From Oceanispirochaeta sp. (GTDB lineage Bacteria; Spirochaetota; Spirochaetia; DSM-2461), in the NCBI GenBank assembly GCA_963666275.2, contig CAXXOA010000001.1, positions 1,760,001-1,824,000 of the forward strand: 64,000 nucleotides of DNA, written 5' to 3'. A model generated the notes under the pieces. It did no database searches and was not told the origin of the DNA. It saw only the letters and a program-made list of their open reading frames with translations. The position numbers and the translations under genes were made by a program. Below are positions 17,466 to 27,764 of this stretch, piece by piece. How positions within the stretch are numbered: the first letter of the stretch is position 1; each line of letters begins with the position of its first letter.

Positions 17466-17777
17466 ATGAAGATAATTATTGATTCTGAAAATATGCGGTT
17501 GAACTATGAGCCCCTTGAAAAGGGCAAAGAGTACGATGTGGATCCCCAGATTGCAAAAATCTGGATTGATACCAAAAGAGCGCACCCTGCAGGGGGCAGT
17601 TCTACAGGTGACAGCGGGGATACTGAAAAAGCCTCCGGTGATGATGCAGGTGATAGTTGTAATGCCGGAGAAGAAACTGACGGAGAAGTTGGTGACGGCG
17701 GAGTAACTCTGGGCAAACCTTCTGGCAAGCCTGCTCCCCAGACTACAGCCAATAAAAAGGCGAAGGAAGAAAAGTAA
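17466..17777 (+). CDS. Small head-associated protein with a low-complexity tail
   Basis: Follows the capsid gene; AAGGAAGG RBS. Confidence 0.6.
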   Translation: MKIIIDSENMRLNYEPLEKGKEYDVDPQIAKIWIDTKRAHPAGGSSTGDSGDTEKASGDDAGDSCNAGEETDGEVGDGGVTLGKPSGKPAPQTTANKKAKEEK

Positions 17778-17780
17778 TTT

Positions 17781-18347
17781 ATGGCGGTAGGGGATTTGAT
17801 CACCTGGGCAGAGGTTAAAAGCTTGCTTTCAATTGAGGACGAATACCAGAATGTAACCGAATTCATTATCAGTTCCGCTTCTCTGCAGGCGAAAAGGGTA
17901 ATGGGACGGAATATCCTTCTGCAGACTCTGACAGAACAGCGGCGTGGAACCGGTCAGCAGTCCTTCCTTTTAAAAGAGTACCCGATTAAATCCGTTACCG
18001 CTATTTATATTGATCTGACCTTTCAGTTCGGAGAAGACACAAAACTGGAATTGAACGAATACTGGCTGGATTCTGATCTGGGAGAGATAGAGCTTTTCTG
18101 GAGAGCTTTTCCCGTTCCGTCCTGCGGCAGGACTGTAAAGATTGAGTATCAAGCCGGATACGATGAAGTACCGGTGGATATTAAGCAGGCTATTCTGGAA
18201 ACGGTGAAATGGAACTTCAACCGAATTCTCTATGACGGTGTAGGTGTGAAGAATGAGAAAGTAGACGGGGTCAGTACGTCATTTGAAGTGCGGATCCCGA
18301 CTAATGCCAGGGAGATCTTTGAGGGTTACCGGAGGCCTCGTGTATGA
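17781..18347 (+). CDS. Head-tail connector protein
   Basis: LITWAEVKSLL; YQAGYDEVPVDIKQA. Confidence 0.8.
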   Translation: MAVGDLITWAEVKSLLSIEDEYQNVTEFIISSASLQAKRVMGRNILLQTLTEQRRGTGQQSFLLKEYPIKSVTAIYIDLTFQFGEDTKLELNEYWLDSDLGEIELFWRAFPVPSCGRTVKIEYQAGYDEVPVDIKQAILETVKWNFNRILYDGVGVKNEKVDGVSTSFEVRIPTNAREIFEGYRRPRV

Positions 18348-18853
18348 GTGATAAGGGTGTGAAAATCATTGATCACGGCTGGAATAAGTATAAAAAGCAG
18401 ATGAAAGCTCTCAATGGTTCATCCATCAGGTTCGGTTTTTTCGGTGGTAGTAATACAGGTTTTGCAAAAATTGCCTATACCCATGAAATGGGAGGAGTCA
18501 GACAGACAACACAAAAACAAAGATGGTATCTGCGTTCAAAAGGGATGGATGCGGGGAATGAAATTATTATTCCTGAAAGGTCCTATATCCGTTCATCCTT
18601 TGATGAGAACAAAGAAAGAATTCTCGGATGGATGGAAGATGCCTTTAAAAGAATCGGTGATGGAGGAGATAAAAAGTCAGTACTGAAATCTCTTGCTAAA
18701 AAATGCAAGGGAGTAATCGTTGAAAAACTGGAGTCAGGTGATTTTGTAGAGAATGATCCCTTTACAAGGGAGCAGAAAGGATATGGGAAAAAGCCTCTGG
18801 AAGATAAAGGGGCTTTAAAAGAGGCCATTGATTTTGTGGTTGATGCAGAATGA
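18344..18853 (+). CDS. Neck/virion morphogenesis protein
   Basis: IAYTHEMG; IPERSYIR; KPLEDKGAL. Confidence 0.7.
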   Translation: MSDKGVKIIDHGWNKYKKQMKALNGSSIRFGFFGGSNTGFAKIAYTHEMGGVRQTTQKQRWYLRSKGMDAGNEIIIPERSYIRSSFDENKERILGWMEDAFKRIGDGGDKKSVLKSLAKKCKGVIVEKLESGDFVENDPFTREQKGYGKKPLEDKGALKEAIDFVVDAE

Positions 18854-19200
18854 TGTTGATGAAAGAGAAAGTTATGGTGACCAGGAAAGCAGGACACTGG
18901 GAGGGAAATACCTGGGTTGATGATCCTATTGATCCATTTCCCATAAGAGCGACAGTTTTGCCTTTGCCTGGTGATAGTACCGGATCCGGAGAAGATGGGA
19001 GACGGCGGAATTCTGTGATATCGGTGACAACGAAGAAAGCTCTTTATGCGGTATCTTCAGATCGGAATGCTGATCTCCTTGAATGGAACGGAGAACAGTA
19101 TGAAGTGAAGAGCGTAAAGCCCCTGGGGACGGGAACAAGGCTGGCCCACTACAAGGCAACCGCAGAATCACTGGAGGATCATATCGATGCTCCTCTCTGA
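18850..19200 (+). CDS. Head-closure/adaptor protein
   Basis: Position; ADLLEWNGEQYEV. Confidence 0.65.
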   Translation: MMLMKEKVMVTRKAGHWEGNTWVDDPIDPFPIRATVLPLPGDSTGSGEDGRRRNSVISVTTKKALYAVSSDRNADLLEWNGEQYEVKSVKPLGTGTRLAHYKATAESLEDHIDAPL

Positions 19201-19666
19201 TCTGAAGGAAGTAATGGAAAACTGGGTATCCGGGCAGTTTGCGGGGAAGGTAGTCTGGGCTAAAAGTGATGCCCCAATACCTCCCAGACCATTTATTCTA
19301 CTGGATCTCAAAAATCCTGTGCCGGTTAACAAACCCTACCAGGGGGCGGCGGATAATCTGGGGAAAATATCCCGTTATACGACACAACAATTCAGTGTAA
19401 CTATTAGCTGTTATGGAGAGGGTGCAAATCAAAGCCTTTTCAATTTGAGAGAAAGTCTTGATCTGCTTTCTGTTCAGAGTCTTTTCCGGGATTCCGGAGT
19501 GTCCTATTTAAAGGATCAGATGGATCTTCAGGACAGTACGGCAATGACGGGAACACGGTATGAGGAACGGGCGGTTTATGAACCGGCTTTTATATATGAA
19601 TCGGTCCAGTCTGAAGAGGTTGGATTTATTGAAGAAGTAAATATTGAGGGGGATATCCATGGGTGA
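19187..19666 (+). CDS. Tail terminator/neck protein
   Basis: Position before the sheath gene; APIPPRPFI. Confidence 0.6.
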   Translation: MLLSDLKEVMENWVSGQFAGKVVWAKSDAPIPPRPFILLDLKNPVPVNKPYQGAADNLGKISRYTTQQFSVTISCYGEGANQSLFNLRESLDLLSVQSLFRDSGVSYLKDQMDLQDSTAMTGTRYEERAVYEPAFIYESVQSEEVGFIEEVNIEGDIHG

Positions 19667-20729
19667 TGCGGATAGGATAGTTGATCTGTCGATTAGCCGT
19701 GCCACGGCTGTCGTTAGTCAGGCAGGGTTCGGTATCATTGCCGTATTTGATGAATTTGCATCGGACAAAACGACTGTGGCTTTTTCGGAAAGGGTACGGT
19801 ATTACGGGGGAGCGGATGAAATGACCGCCGACGGTTGGAGGTCTGATGACCCTGCCATGATGGCGGCCAGTGTGATTTTTATGCAGAATCCGTCACCGGC
19901 TGAGATTGTGGTCTGCCGGAAGGATGCTGCCGAAACCTGGGTGGAAGCGGCAGCGGCTGCCAAGCTGGAAAATGATGACTGGTACGGCATGATTTTTACA
20001 AGCCGTCTGCAGGCGGATCAGGAAGCTATGGCGGCCTGGGCGGAAGCAAACGGGAAGATTCTCGGTCTTTCTTCCTCCGATGCCAATGTGAAGGATGCCG
20101 GGATTTCGACTGACATAGCCAGCCATTTAAAGACAAACAATTATGACAGGTCTTTTGTGATCTATCATCCCGACGCTGGCGGGGATGATGAACCTTTTGC
20201 GGATGCCGCCTGGATGGCTAACCGCTTTCCCTATACACCCGGGAAAACAACCTGGAAGTTCTGCACTCTGAGTGGTGTCCCTGTGTACTCGCTCACTACC
20301 GGTGAAGTGAATGCTGTTCTGGGGAAAAACGCGAATATCTATACATCTGTTAAAGGTCTATTCATAACCGAAGAGGGGACCGTCGGTAGCGGCGAGTATA
20401 TCGATGTTATCCGGGGGATTGATTGGCTCTATGCCAGGATGCAGGAGAACATCTTCCAGCTGAAAAAAACAGCGACTGACAGAGGAGAAAAGGTCTCGTT
20501 TGAAGACTCCGGTATCAGTCAGATCGACAGCGTTATGAAAGAGACTCTGGATACAGGCGTGGATAATGGCCTTCTGGCGGCGGATCCGGCACCTATTACA
20601 TCTGTTCCTCTGGCGGCGGAGGTTTCAACTGTTGATAAAGGGAATCGCACTCTGAGCAACGCTACATTTGAAGCGTACCTGGCAGGGGCTATTCATATAT
20701 CGAAAATCAGAGGCGTTGTAACGCTGTAG
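19659..20729 (+). CDS. Tail sheath protein (DUF3383-like)
   Basis: QAGFG; TWKF..LSGV; GEYIDVIRGIDWL; LAGAIH. Confidence 0.85.
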   Translation: MGDADRIVDLSISRATAVVSQAGFGIIAVFDEFASDKTTVAFSERVRYYGGADEMTADGWRSDDPAMMAASVIFMQNPSPAEIVVCRKDAAETWVEAAAAAKLENDDWYGMIFTSRLQADQEAMAAWAEANGKILGLSSSDANVKDAGISTDIASHLKTNNYDRSFVIYHPDAGGDDEPFADAAWMANRFPYTPGKTTWKFCTLSGVPVYSLTTGEVNAVLGKNANIYTSVKGLFITEEGTVGSGEYIDVIRGIDWLYARMQENIFQLKKTATDRGEKVSFEDSGISQIDSVMKETLDTGVDNGLLAADPAPITSVPLAAEVSTVDKGNRTLSNATFEAYLAGAIHISKIRGVVTL

Positions 20730-20739
20730 GAGGTTATCC

Positions 20740-21162
20740 ATGGATTATGATCCTAAAAAAGTTGTAGTGACGTTCTGCGGTGTTCCCATAACAGGTTATG
20801 CCAATGGTTCTTTTATCAAGATTGAACCGGCAGAAGACGGATTCAAGAAGCATGTGGGAGCAGATGGGGAGGTTTCCCGTTCCAAGGTGAATGATGAAAC
20901 CTGCAATGTCACCCTTACTCTTTCACAAACCAGTAAATCCAATGGCACCTTGTCGGGGCAGTATCAGCTGGATAGAAAATCCGGAAAAGGAAAAGGCCCA
21001 TTGCTTATTAAGGATTTGCTGGGAGCTACCGTTCTTTTTGCAAAGGTGGCCTGGATTAGGAAACAGGCCAGCGTGGATTTCGGTGATGAGATTAACAGCA
21101 AGGAATGGTTATTTGATACCGGCAAAGCGTCGTTTGTAAACGGCGGTAATGAACTGCAATAG
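20740..21162 (+). CDS. Tail tube protein (DUF3277-like)
   Basis: YDPKKV; VGADGEV; TLSQTSKSN. Confidence 0.8.
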   Translation: MDYDPKKVVVTFCGVPITGYANGSFIKIEPAEDGFKKHVGADGEVSRSKVNDETCNVTLTLSQTSKSNGTLSGQYQLDRKSGKGKGPLLIKDLLGATVLFAKVAWIRKQASVDFGDEINSKEWLFDTGKASFVNGGNELQ

Positions 21163-21168
21163 GACTGA

Positions 21169-21666
21169 TTGATGAAAGCGCAAAAGAAAAGAATAGACGG
21201 CTATGTATATAAGGTCACTCCATTCACGGGTAGGTCTTCTTTCCGGATCCAGATGAAGCTGGCCAGGCTTCTCTCTCCATCCCTGGGCTTGCTGGCTGGA
21301 ATGTTTTCCGGTGGGAAAAAAGCTATTAAAGAACTGGCGAAGAATCCGGACAACAAGGATCTCCAGATGAAGAGTCTGCTTGATCTGGATTTGGATGGGG
21401 AACTGATTGGGAAGGCTTTCAGCGGCCTTTTTAATCAATGCTCAGAGGATGAACTCCTTGATCTCTTGTTGATGATTCTGGAAAAGACTGAACGGGGGGA
21501 TGAAGGAAATGAAGTTTTCATCACTGAAGAATCTTTTGATGCTTTCTTTGCACAGAATCTTCTCAGTGCTTTCAAGGTTGCTGTCTTTGTTATTCAGGTG
21601 AATTATCCTGATTTTTTCGCACTGGCGGCTCTTACTGGAAGCGAAACGGATCAAACCGATGGTTAA
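21169..21666 (+). CDS. Tail assembly chaperone (gpG-like)
   Basis: Between tube and tape measure genes; ends NYPDFF at a slippery site. Confidence 0.75.
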   Translation: MMKAQKKRIDGYVYKVTPFTGRSSFRIQMKLARLLSPSLGLLAGMFSGGKKAIKELAKNPDNKDLQMKSLLDLDLDGELIGKAFSGLFNQCSEDELLDLLLMILEKTERGDEGNEVFITEESFDAFFAQNLLSAFKVAVFVIQVNYPDFFALAALTGSETDQTDG

Positions 21667-21887
21667 GGGCCGCTGTTGAAAAGAATCCAAATCTGGGAGA
21701 TGTAGGAAATCTTTCAGATGAAATGAGAGAAGAATGGCCGGTCTGGCGGATTGTCCTGGAAGGACGGTCACTGCATGAAGTGGATTCGTGGAGTTATGTG
21801 GATATCCTGAAATTCAATGACCTTATGGATATGAGGCAGGATTATGAATCGGCAATGAATGCCTGGCAGAACAGGGACTTGGAATGA
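21612..21887 (+). CDS. -1 frameshift extension of the tail chaperone (gpGT-like; not in the ORF track)
   Basis: T TTT TTC heptamer at 21612-21618; -1 frame open for 91 codons to a TGA overlapping the tape measure ATG. Confidence 0.75.
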   Translation, partial: FFRTGGSYWKRNGSNRWLRAAVEKNPNLGDVGNLSDEMREEWPVWRIVLEGRSLHEVDSWSYVDILKFNDLMDMRQDYESAMNAWQNRDLE

Positions 21888-23605
21888 CATTAAGAGAGCT
21901 GATTAACAAGATTAGTTTCCAGGTGGATGAAAAGGGCTTTGAGAAAGCTGAAAAGAAGTTCACCTCTTTGGCAAATAAAGCAAAGTTTGTCTCAGCTGCT
22001 GCTGCGGGAATTGCCTTCGGTATGGTCCGGGGAGCTGCAAAGATTGAATCTATGACAGCCCAGTGGGAAACCTTTCTCGGTTCACATGAAAAAGCAAGAG
22101 CCATGCTGAAGGATATTCAGTCATTTTCTGCATCCACGCCCTTCCAGCTTGAGGACTTGAATGAAGGATCCCAGCGGCTTAAAGCCTTTGGAGTGGAAAC
22201 GGAAAATATCATCGGGACCATGAGAATGCTCGGAGATACTGCCGGTGGTAATGCGATGAAGCTGGACTCCCTTACCCGTGCCTATGGAAAAACAACGGCA
22301 AAGGGTAAAGCTTCCATGGAAGAGCTGAACATGATGATTGATGCGGGAGTTCCGATACTAGGAACTCTGGCAGGTATGTATGGTAAATCTGAGGAACAGA
22401 TAATCAAAATGGCTTCCCAGGGGGCTATTTCTGCCGACATAATCACATCTGCCTTTCAGAAAATGACTTCTGAAGGCGGCCAGTTTTACAAGGGAATGGA
22501 GCGTCAGAGTCAGACTCTGGAAGGAAGGCTGTCCACGATGAAGGATAATTTCTTTCTGTTCGGGGCCAGTATTGGAGAAACCCTTCTTCCGGTAGTCGGA
22601 AAAATTGCTGATAAAACAACCGCCCTGGTTCAGTCTTTTTCAAATATGAATGAAACAGCCAGAAAGGCCATAGTTTTCTTTACATTATTGACAGCCGGGA
22701 TTGCCCCGATGCTGTTGATTATCGGTAAGGTGATCAGTCTTGCCGGGAAAGCTGTTGCTGTTGCCAAAATGCTGAAATCTGCTGTGATTGCCGTGAATGT
22801 CGCTTTATCAGCCAATCCTATTATTTTGATCATTGCTGGCGTTTTGGCTCTTATTGCCGTATTCGTGTTGCTGTTACGGAATTTCGATAAGGTAAAGGCG
22901 AAAGCGCAGGAGTTCTGGCAGAATGTTGTCCGGCTTTTTGAGATGGGGAAAGAGCTGGCCGGTCTGGCTTTTCAGGTTCTGATCAAACAAATGATGCTCT
23001 GGTTTCTTATGTTCTGGAACTGGTTTTCAGAAAAGTTTCCCGGTCTTTCTGCCGCCGTCGAAATGACTTTTTCCTATATCAGGGAACTGGTCTCTAGTAT
23101 CGTCGGTTTTTGGAAAAATATTTTCCAGGGATTGTTTGCCATTTTCAGGGGTGATATTGACGGATTCAAGGACCATTTTTCCCAGGCGTTCGGTTTCATT
23201 AAGGATTATTTTGCAACAATTGTCTCTGCTATGGGCGGTTATATTGATCTTCTCTGGGGCTGGCTGCAGCCTATCTATGACTTTATGACAGGAATATTTT
23301 CAAAAGGCATAGAGAAAATCCAGGGCGGTATTCAGAAAGTCGGAAATTTCCTTGGATTAGGTGAAGGTGGAGCCTCTGCAGAGCCTGCGGCTCATTCTTA
23401 CTCATCAGTTGTTCGGCCTGGAGTAACAAATAATAACAGCCGTTCTGTCAGTGTCCAGTCATCCATCTCTCTGGCCGTCCCTGAAGGAACCCCGCAGTTT
23501 CAGCAGCAGTCTATCCGGGAGAGTGCCGAGAGAGCAGTTCAAGCTGCTTGGGATCGCCAGTTGAAAGGGGTTATGGCAAATGCTGCAGGCGGGGAGGTTC
23601 GTTGA
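21884..23605 (+). CDS. Tail tape measure protein
   Basis: STPFQL; KGKASMEELN; Ala/Gly-rich; TM segments and aromatic periodicity. Confidence 0.9.
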   Translation: MTLRELINKISFQVDEKGFEKAEKKFTSLANKAKFVSAAAAGIAFGMVRGAAKIESMTAQWETFLGSHEKARAMLKDIQSFSASTPFQLEDLNEGSQRLKAFGVETENIIGTMRMLGDTAGGNAMKLDSLTRAYGKTTAKGKASMEELNMMIDAGVPILGTLAGMYGKSEEQIIKMASQGAISADIITSAFQKMTSEGGQFYKGMERQSQTLEGRLSTMKDNFFLFGASIGETLLPVVGKIADKTTALVQSFSNMNETARKAIVFFTLLTAGIAPMLLIIGKVISLAGKAVAVAKMLKSAVIAVNVALSANPIILIIAGVLALIAVFVLLLRNFDKVKAKAQEFWQNVVRLFEMGKELAGLAFQVLIKQMMLWFLMFWNWFSEKFPGLSAAVEMTFSYIRELVSSIVGFWKNIFQGLFAIFRGDIDGFKDHFSQAFGFIKDYFATIVSAMGGYIDLLWGWLQPIYDFMTGIFSKGIEKIQGGIQKVGNFLGLGEGGASAEPAAHSYSSVVRPGVTNNNSRSVSVQSSISLAVPEGTPQFQQQSIRESAERAVQAAWDRQLKGVMANAAGGEVR

Positions 23606-24222
23606 TGGATGAAGAGGCAGCCACTCTTTACTTCAATACGGATAGAGAGTATCTGATTGGGGATCTCAACCTGGATCTCATCCTGTCAGAAGAAGAGCAG
23701 TTGAGCGGCAGGGCTACATCTAATCCGGTAGAAGAAGGGTATGACGTTTCCGATTCGATTGAAACGGATCCGACCGTTTTGAAGCTGAGCGGGTTCATTA
23801 CGAATGCCCCGGTTAAAGATGTGGATGGTTCCCTGGCGACCAGGTACCAGGATGCTGTAAGAACTCTGAAAGAGATCCGGATGAACAAGCTGCCGGTGAC
23901 AATTGTGGCTACTCAGGATGTCTATGAAAACATGGCTATTGAGCAACTGACGATTCCCCGGAATGCGGATCTGGGAGAGTCGGTAGAGTTTAGTTTAACC
24001 CTGAAGCAGATTTCCATTGTGAATTCTCAGTCCGCTGTGATCCCTGTTGCGGTCCTGGATGATAGGCAAGCGCAAGTCGATGCGGATATGGGGCAAACCA
24101 CAGATAACACGGCAGAAGCCCTGGGAGATGAAGAGGAGCAGAAAAGCTGGTTTGAAAAAACCAAAGAGAACCTGGAAGAACAGAATCAAACCCTGGATGA
24201 GAGGTTAGCCCAGTATGGTTAG
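23605..24222 (+). CDS. Baseplate/tail tube initiator protein
   Basis: TSNPVEEG..VSD; YENMAI; position. Confidence 0.7.
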   Translation: MDEEAATLYFNTDREYLIGDLNLDLILSEEEQLSGRATSNPVEEGYDVSDSIETDPTVLKLSGFITNAPVKDVDGSLATRYQDAVRTLKEIRMNKLPVTIVATQDVYENMAIEQLTIPRNADLGESVEFSLTLKQISIVNSQSAVIPVAVLDDRQAQVDADMGQTTDNTAEALGDEEEQKSWFEKTKENLEEQNQTLDERLAQYG

Positions 24223-24547
24223 TATCCCTTTGTTCCCGGAAGTGTCTTCCGGATTTGTTCAGAAGATCGAACTGGGCGGAGTTTTCTATCTCATCCGGAT
24301 CCGATGGAACAGCCGAACAGAGAGCTGGTTTCTCCATGTATTCGATGCTGACGGGAATCCTTTGGTTACAGGGAAGCGGCTTGTTCCGAATTATCCCTTA
24401 ATGGAAATCCATACGGATAAATTTTCCGGAGAACTGATGGTGATTGATAAACAGAATGATCTGACAAATGCGGTCATAACATATGAGAACCTGGGGAGAC
24501 GGTTCCTGCTGGTATATCTCTCAAAGGAGGAAGCCGATGGCCTTTAA
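24215..24547 (+). CDS. Baseplate small (plug-like) protein
   Basis: RWNSRTESW; position. Confidence 0.65.
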   Translation: MVSIPLFPEVSSGFVQKIELGGVFYLIRIRWNSRTESWFLHVFDADGNPLVTGKRLVPNYPLMEIHTDKFSGELMVIDKQNDLTNAVITYENLGRRFLLVYLSKEEADGL

Positions 24548-25364
24548 ACGGATTGTAATTTGTCAAATCGGATCCCCTGGTGAGATAGGTGTTCAGATTT
24601 CAGATTTGAAAATCAAGTTTGAGGTTAAGAAAAGTGATAAAGAGAGCCTCAATGAAGCGTTAGTGACTATCTATAACCTGTCTGATCACACAATAGGTAT
24701 GATTTCCGGGAAAGGGAAATCCATGGTTCTCCGTGCAGGGTATGAGGATGAGGGTGTGAAAGGGTTATTTTTCGGTACTGTAAAAGATGTCAGTACGAAA
24801 AATGCTGCACCTGATCGGGAAACGGTTATTACTGCCTATGACGGCTATAAAAACGGGAAAGAGCGGGTTATTTCCGTTTCCTATAAACAGGGAACAAGTC
24901 GGAAGGCAGTATTCCAGGATCTGATTCAGGCTCTTGGATTGCCGGTAATAGGAGCAGATCTGATAACCGGATCCTTTTCAAATGGGTTTTCCTACATTGG
25001 GAAAGTTACAGGAGCCCTGGAGAAGGTTGTAAAAGCTGTGGGAGGTTTGGGATGGTCAATCCAGAATGAATCCTATGTGATTTTCAAACAGGGAGAGCCT
25101 GCCAGTGTATCAGGTTTGTATCTCTCACCTCAAACCGGCCTGATCGGATCCCCCGAGGATATTTCCGAAGAATCCGAGGAGGGGGGTGAAGTTCAGAAAC
25201 GGTACAGGGTCACTTCGCTTTTATTTCCGGAGATTCTGCCCAGGAGCAGGGTGGAGGTTTCATCCAAGAAATTGAACGGCTATTTCAAAGTTGAATCGGT
25301 GATTTTTTCCGGGTGCAATATATCTGAGAAATTTCAGGCTGTTGCGGAGGTGAGTCCTGTATGA
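24537..25364 (+). CDS. Baseplate hub protein
   Basis: IYNLS; LRAGY; WSIQN; TGLIGSP. Confidence 0.75.
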   Translation: MAFKRIVICQIGSPGEIGVQISDLKIKFEVKKSDKESLNEALVTIYNLSDHTIGMISGKGKSMVLRAGYEDEGVKGLFFGTVKDVSTKNAAPDRETVITAYDGYKNGKERVISVSYKQGTSRKAVFQDLIQALGLPVIGADLITGSFSNGFSYIGKVTGALEKVVKAVGGLGWSIQNESYVIFKQGEPASVSGLYLSPQTGLIGSPEDISEESEEGGEVQKRYRVTSLLFPEILPRSRVEVSSKKLNGYFKVESVIFSGCNISEKFQAVAEVSPV

Positions 25365-25960
25365 ATGAAAATCTTTATGATGTTCTGAAAGATTCTATCG
25401 GGGCTTTTCTCGAAGATCTACACACGGCGATGCCCGGTATCGTCGAATCCTACGATCCCGGTACAAGGACGGCATCGATTGTCCCGGCTATGAAAAAGAA
25501 ATTTAAAACAGGGCAGGAACTAGCCATGCCGGTTATCCATGGGGTACCCGTGGAGTTCTCCGCTTCAAAGAATGCCTCAGTAAGTTTTCCCCTGGAGAAA
25601 GGGGATGAAGGGCTGCTGATCTTTTCAGAGAGATCGATAGATCAATGGATGGAAAGCGGCCAGGCCGAGGCTCCGGAAGACACTCGGCGGTTTTCCCTGG
25701 ATGATGCATATTTTTCTCCTGGTTTTTTTTCCAGAAAGAACACAAGGCCGGGAGCATCTGCAGGTTTGGTTGCAGAGTATAAGAAAACCAAACTGGAGAT
25801 ACTGGATTCAAAAATAGTTATGGGTTTCGGTCTGGTTACCAGTATTACATTTTCAGAGGCCGGAATGGAGATTGTATCAGCTTCCGGGAAGTATTCAGCA
25901 TTGACCCATTTACATAACGATGCGGAACAGAGGCCGACAACGCCTCCTCTGCCGGTATAG
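25361..25960 (+). CDS. Baseplate spike (Gp138/gpV-like)
   Basis: HTAMPG; KGDEGLLIFSERSID.W; C-terminal HLH. Confidence 0.8.
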   Translation: MNENLYDVLKDSIGAFLEDLHTAMPGIVESYDPGTRTASIVPAMKKKFKTGQELAMPVIHGVPVEFSASKNASVSFPLEKGDEGLLIFSERSIDQWMESGQAEAPEDTRRFSLDDAYFSPGFFSRKNTRPGASAGLVAEYKKTKLEILDSKIVMGFGLVTSITFSEAGMEIVSASGKYSALTHLHNDAEQRPTTPPLPV

Positions 25961-25968
25961 AGGTTGTT

Positions 25969-26325
25969 ATGAAAGATCTGTTATTGGATGAAATGGGAGA
26001 TATCACTATCAGCAGTTTCGATATGGTTTTTACAGATACCGAGAGTGTTTATGTATCCCAGAAACTGGGCTTTAAATTAACCCTGGTTGAAGGAGAGTGG
26101 TTTCTGAATCGATCAAAAGGGATTTCCTATTTCAAGAATGTATTTAAAAAGAATCCTGATTTGAAGATAGTCGGGGATCTATTTAAAAGAGAAATCCTGT
26201 CTGTATCGGAAGTATCGAAGATAAAATCATTCCTTTTATCACTGACAGCAAAACGGGAGTTATTCCTGGATTTTACAGTACTTCTTGCTTCTGGTGAAAC
26301 TTTGAATTATGAGGGGGCCTTATGA
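25969..26325 (+). CDS. Baseplate wedge/sheath initiator
   Basis: GEWFL...GISY. Confidence 0.7.
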   Translation: MKDLLLDEMGDITISSFDMVFTDTESVYVSQKLGFKLTLVEGEWFLNRSKGISYFKNVFKKNPDLKIVGDLFKREILSVSEVSKIKSFLLSLTAKRELFLDFTVLLASGETLNYEGAL

Positions 26326-27764
26326 CATACGGATTGACTCCTGAAGGTTTTATTCCAAAACCATTGCAGGTGATCCTGACAGAAATGCGGAACGAATATA
26401 AAGGATTGTATGGTGATGATCTGGATGTTTCAGATGAATCCGTCATGGGTCAGTGGATCGGTGTTTCCGCCAAAAGGGAAGCTCTGCTCTGGGAAGAGAT
26501 GGCAGAAGTATATGCGTCCCGAGATCCTTCCTCTGCAGAAGATGCCCCATTGGATGGTATTTGTGATTATACCGGAGTGAAGAGGTTGAAGGCCAGAAAG
26601 ACCTATGTTCCCGTACTTCTGAAAGGGAAAGAAGGAACCTTAGTGGAAGCCGGAAAAAGAGTGAATCAGTCCTCAGCAACCGACAAGGTGGATTTTCTCT
26701 TGCGTGATGATGTGACAATTTCGGCATCGACTGTTCAGGAAGTTCTTTTTTCTTTTCCGGAGGTGAAAAACTCAACCTTGTATTCCATCTCCCTGGATGG
26801 TGAGTCGTTTGAATATACTTCATCGGCTGAAGCTTCCTTGAATGAGATCATCCAGGCTTTGTATCTGCAGATAACAGAAACCTGGGATGGTGAATGTGTT
26901 GTTAAAAATGATGAAACCATCCTGACATACAATTATGATGAATCCTTTTCTGCAGAGTGTAATGAAGAAATTTCTATGGATGAATTCTGGACGCCCGGAA
27001 TAGCAGATGCCGAATTTACTGGCAAATATCCGGCCCCTGCAGGAACTGTTGATACGATTGTCAGCGCTGTTACAGATTGGGATGAAGTAAAGAATGCCGT
27101 CCAGGGAATCACCGGAAGAGACACTGAAACTAATGCGGAGCTGCGGATCCGCCGGAGGCAGTCTCTCCGGTCGAGTGGAAATGCCACTGATGAAGCAATC
27201 AGAAGCGCCTTGCTCCAGGATGTGGAAGGTGTAGCTGATGCAATAGTGTTTTCCAACCGGAAAGATGGTCCCGATGCAAAAGGACGCCCCGGCCACTCCT
27301 TTGAAACAGTTGTAGAAGGTGGGGATGAAGATGAAATTGCTGCCAAGATCTGGGAGAAAATGGGAAGCGGAATAGAACCCTACGGCCAGATCAGTAAAAC
27401 CGTTCTTGATTCAACCGGTAAAGAGCAGACAATAGGATTTTCACGACCAGTTGCCAAATATCTCTGGATAAAAATTGAATACACCCTTTATGCGGAAGAG
27501 GACTTCCCCGAGAACGGTGAAGAGCTTATGAGGCAGGCAATCCTGGATTTCGCTTTTGATGAATATATCAAAGGGCAGGATGTTATTCGGAAACGGTTAA
27601 TCGGTCCGGTTTATCAGACCTCCGGCATCGAGGAAGTCAATGTATATATCGCTGTTACTACAGCTCCAGAAGATACCCCGTCCTACTATCAAAATAATAT
27701 AGCCATCGATGAAACAGAATACGCTGAAGCATCTGCCGGCAGAGTTATTCTGGAGGCTATCTGA
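26322..27764 (+). CDS. Baseplate J/gp47 family protein
   Basis: YGLTPEGF; GRDTETNAELRIR; IGFSRP. Confidence 0.88.
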   Translation: MTYGLTPEGFIPKPLQVILTEMRNEYKGLYGDDLDVSDESVMGQWIGVSAKREALLWEEMAEVYASRDPSSAEDAPLDGICDYTGVKRLKARKTYVPVLLKGKEGTLVEAGKRVNQSSATDKVDFLLRDDVTISASTVQEVLFSFPEVKNSTLYSISLDGESFEYTSSAEASLNEIIQALYLQITETWDGECVVKNDETILTYNYDESFSAECNEEISMDEFWTPGIADAEFTGKYPAPAGTVDTIVSAVTDWDEVKNAVQGITGRDTETNAELRIRRRQSLRSSGNATDEAIRSALLQDVEGVADAIVFSNRKDGPDAKGRPGHSFETVVEGGDEDEIAAKIWEKMGSGIEPYGQISKTVLDSTGKEQTIGFSRPVAKYLWIKIEYTLYAEEDFPENGEELMRQAILDFAFDEYIKGQDVIRKRLIGPVYQTSGIEEVNVYIAVTTAPEDTPSYYQNNIAIDETEYAEASAGRVILEAI

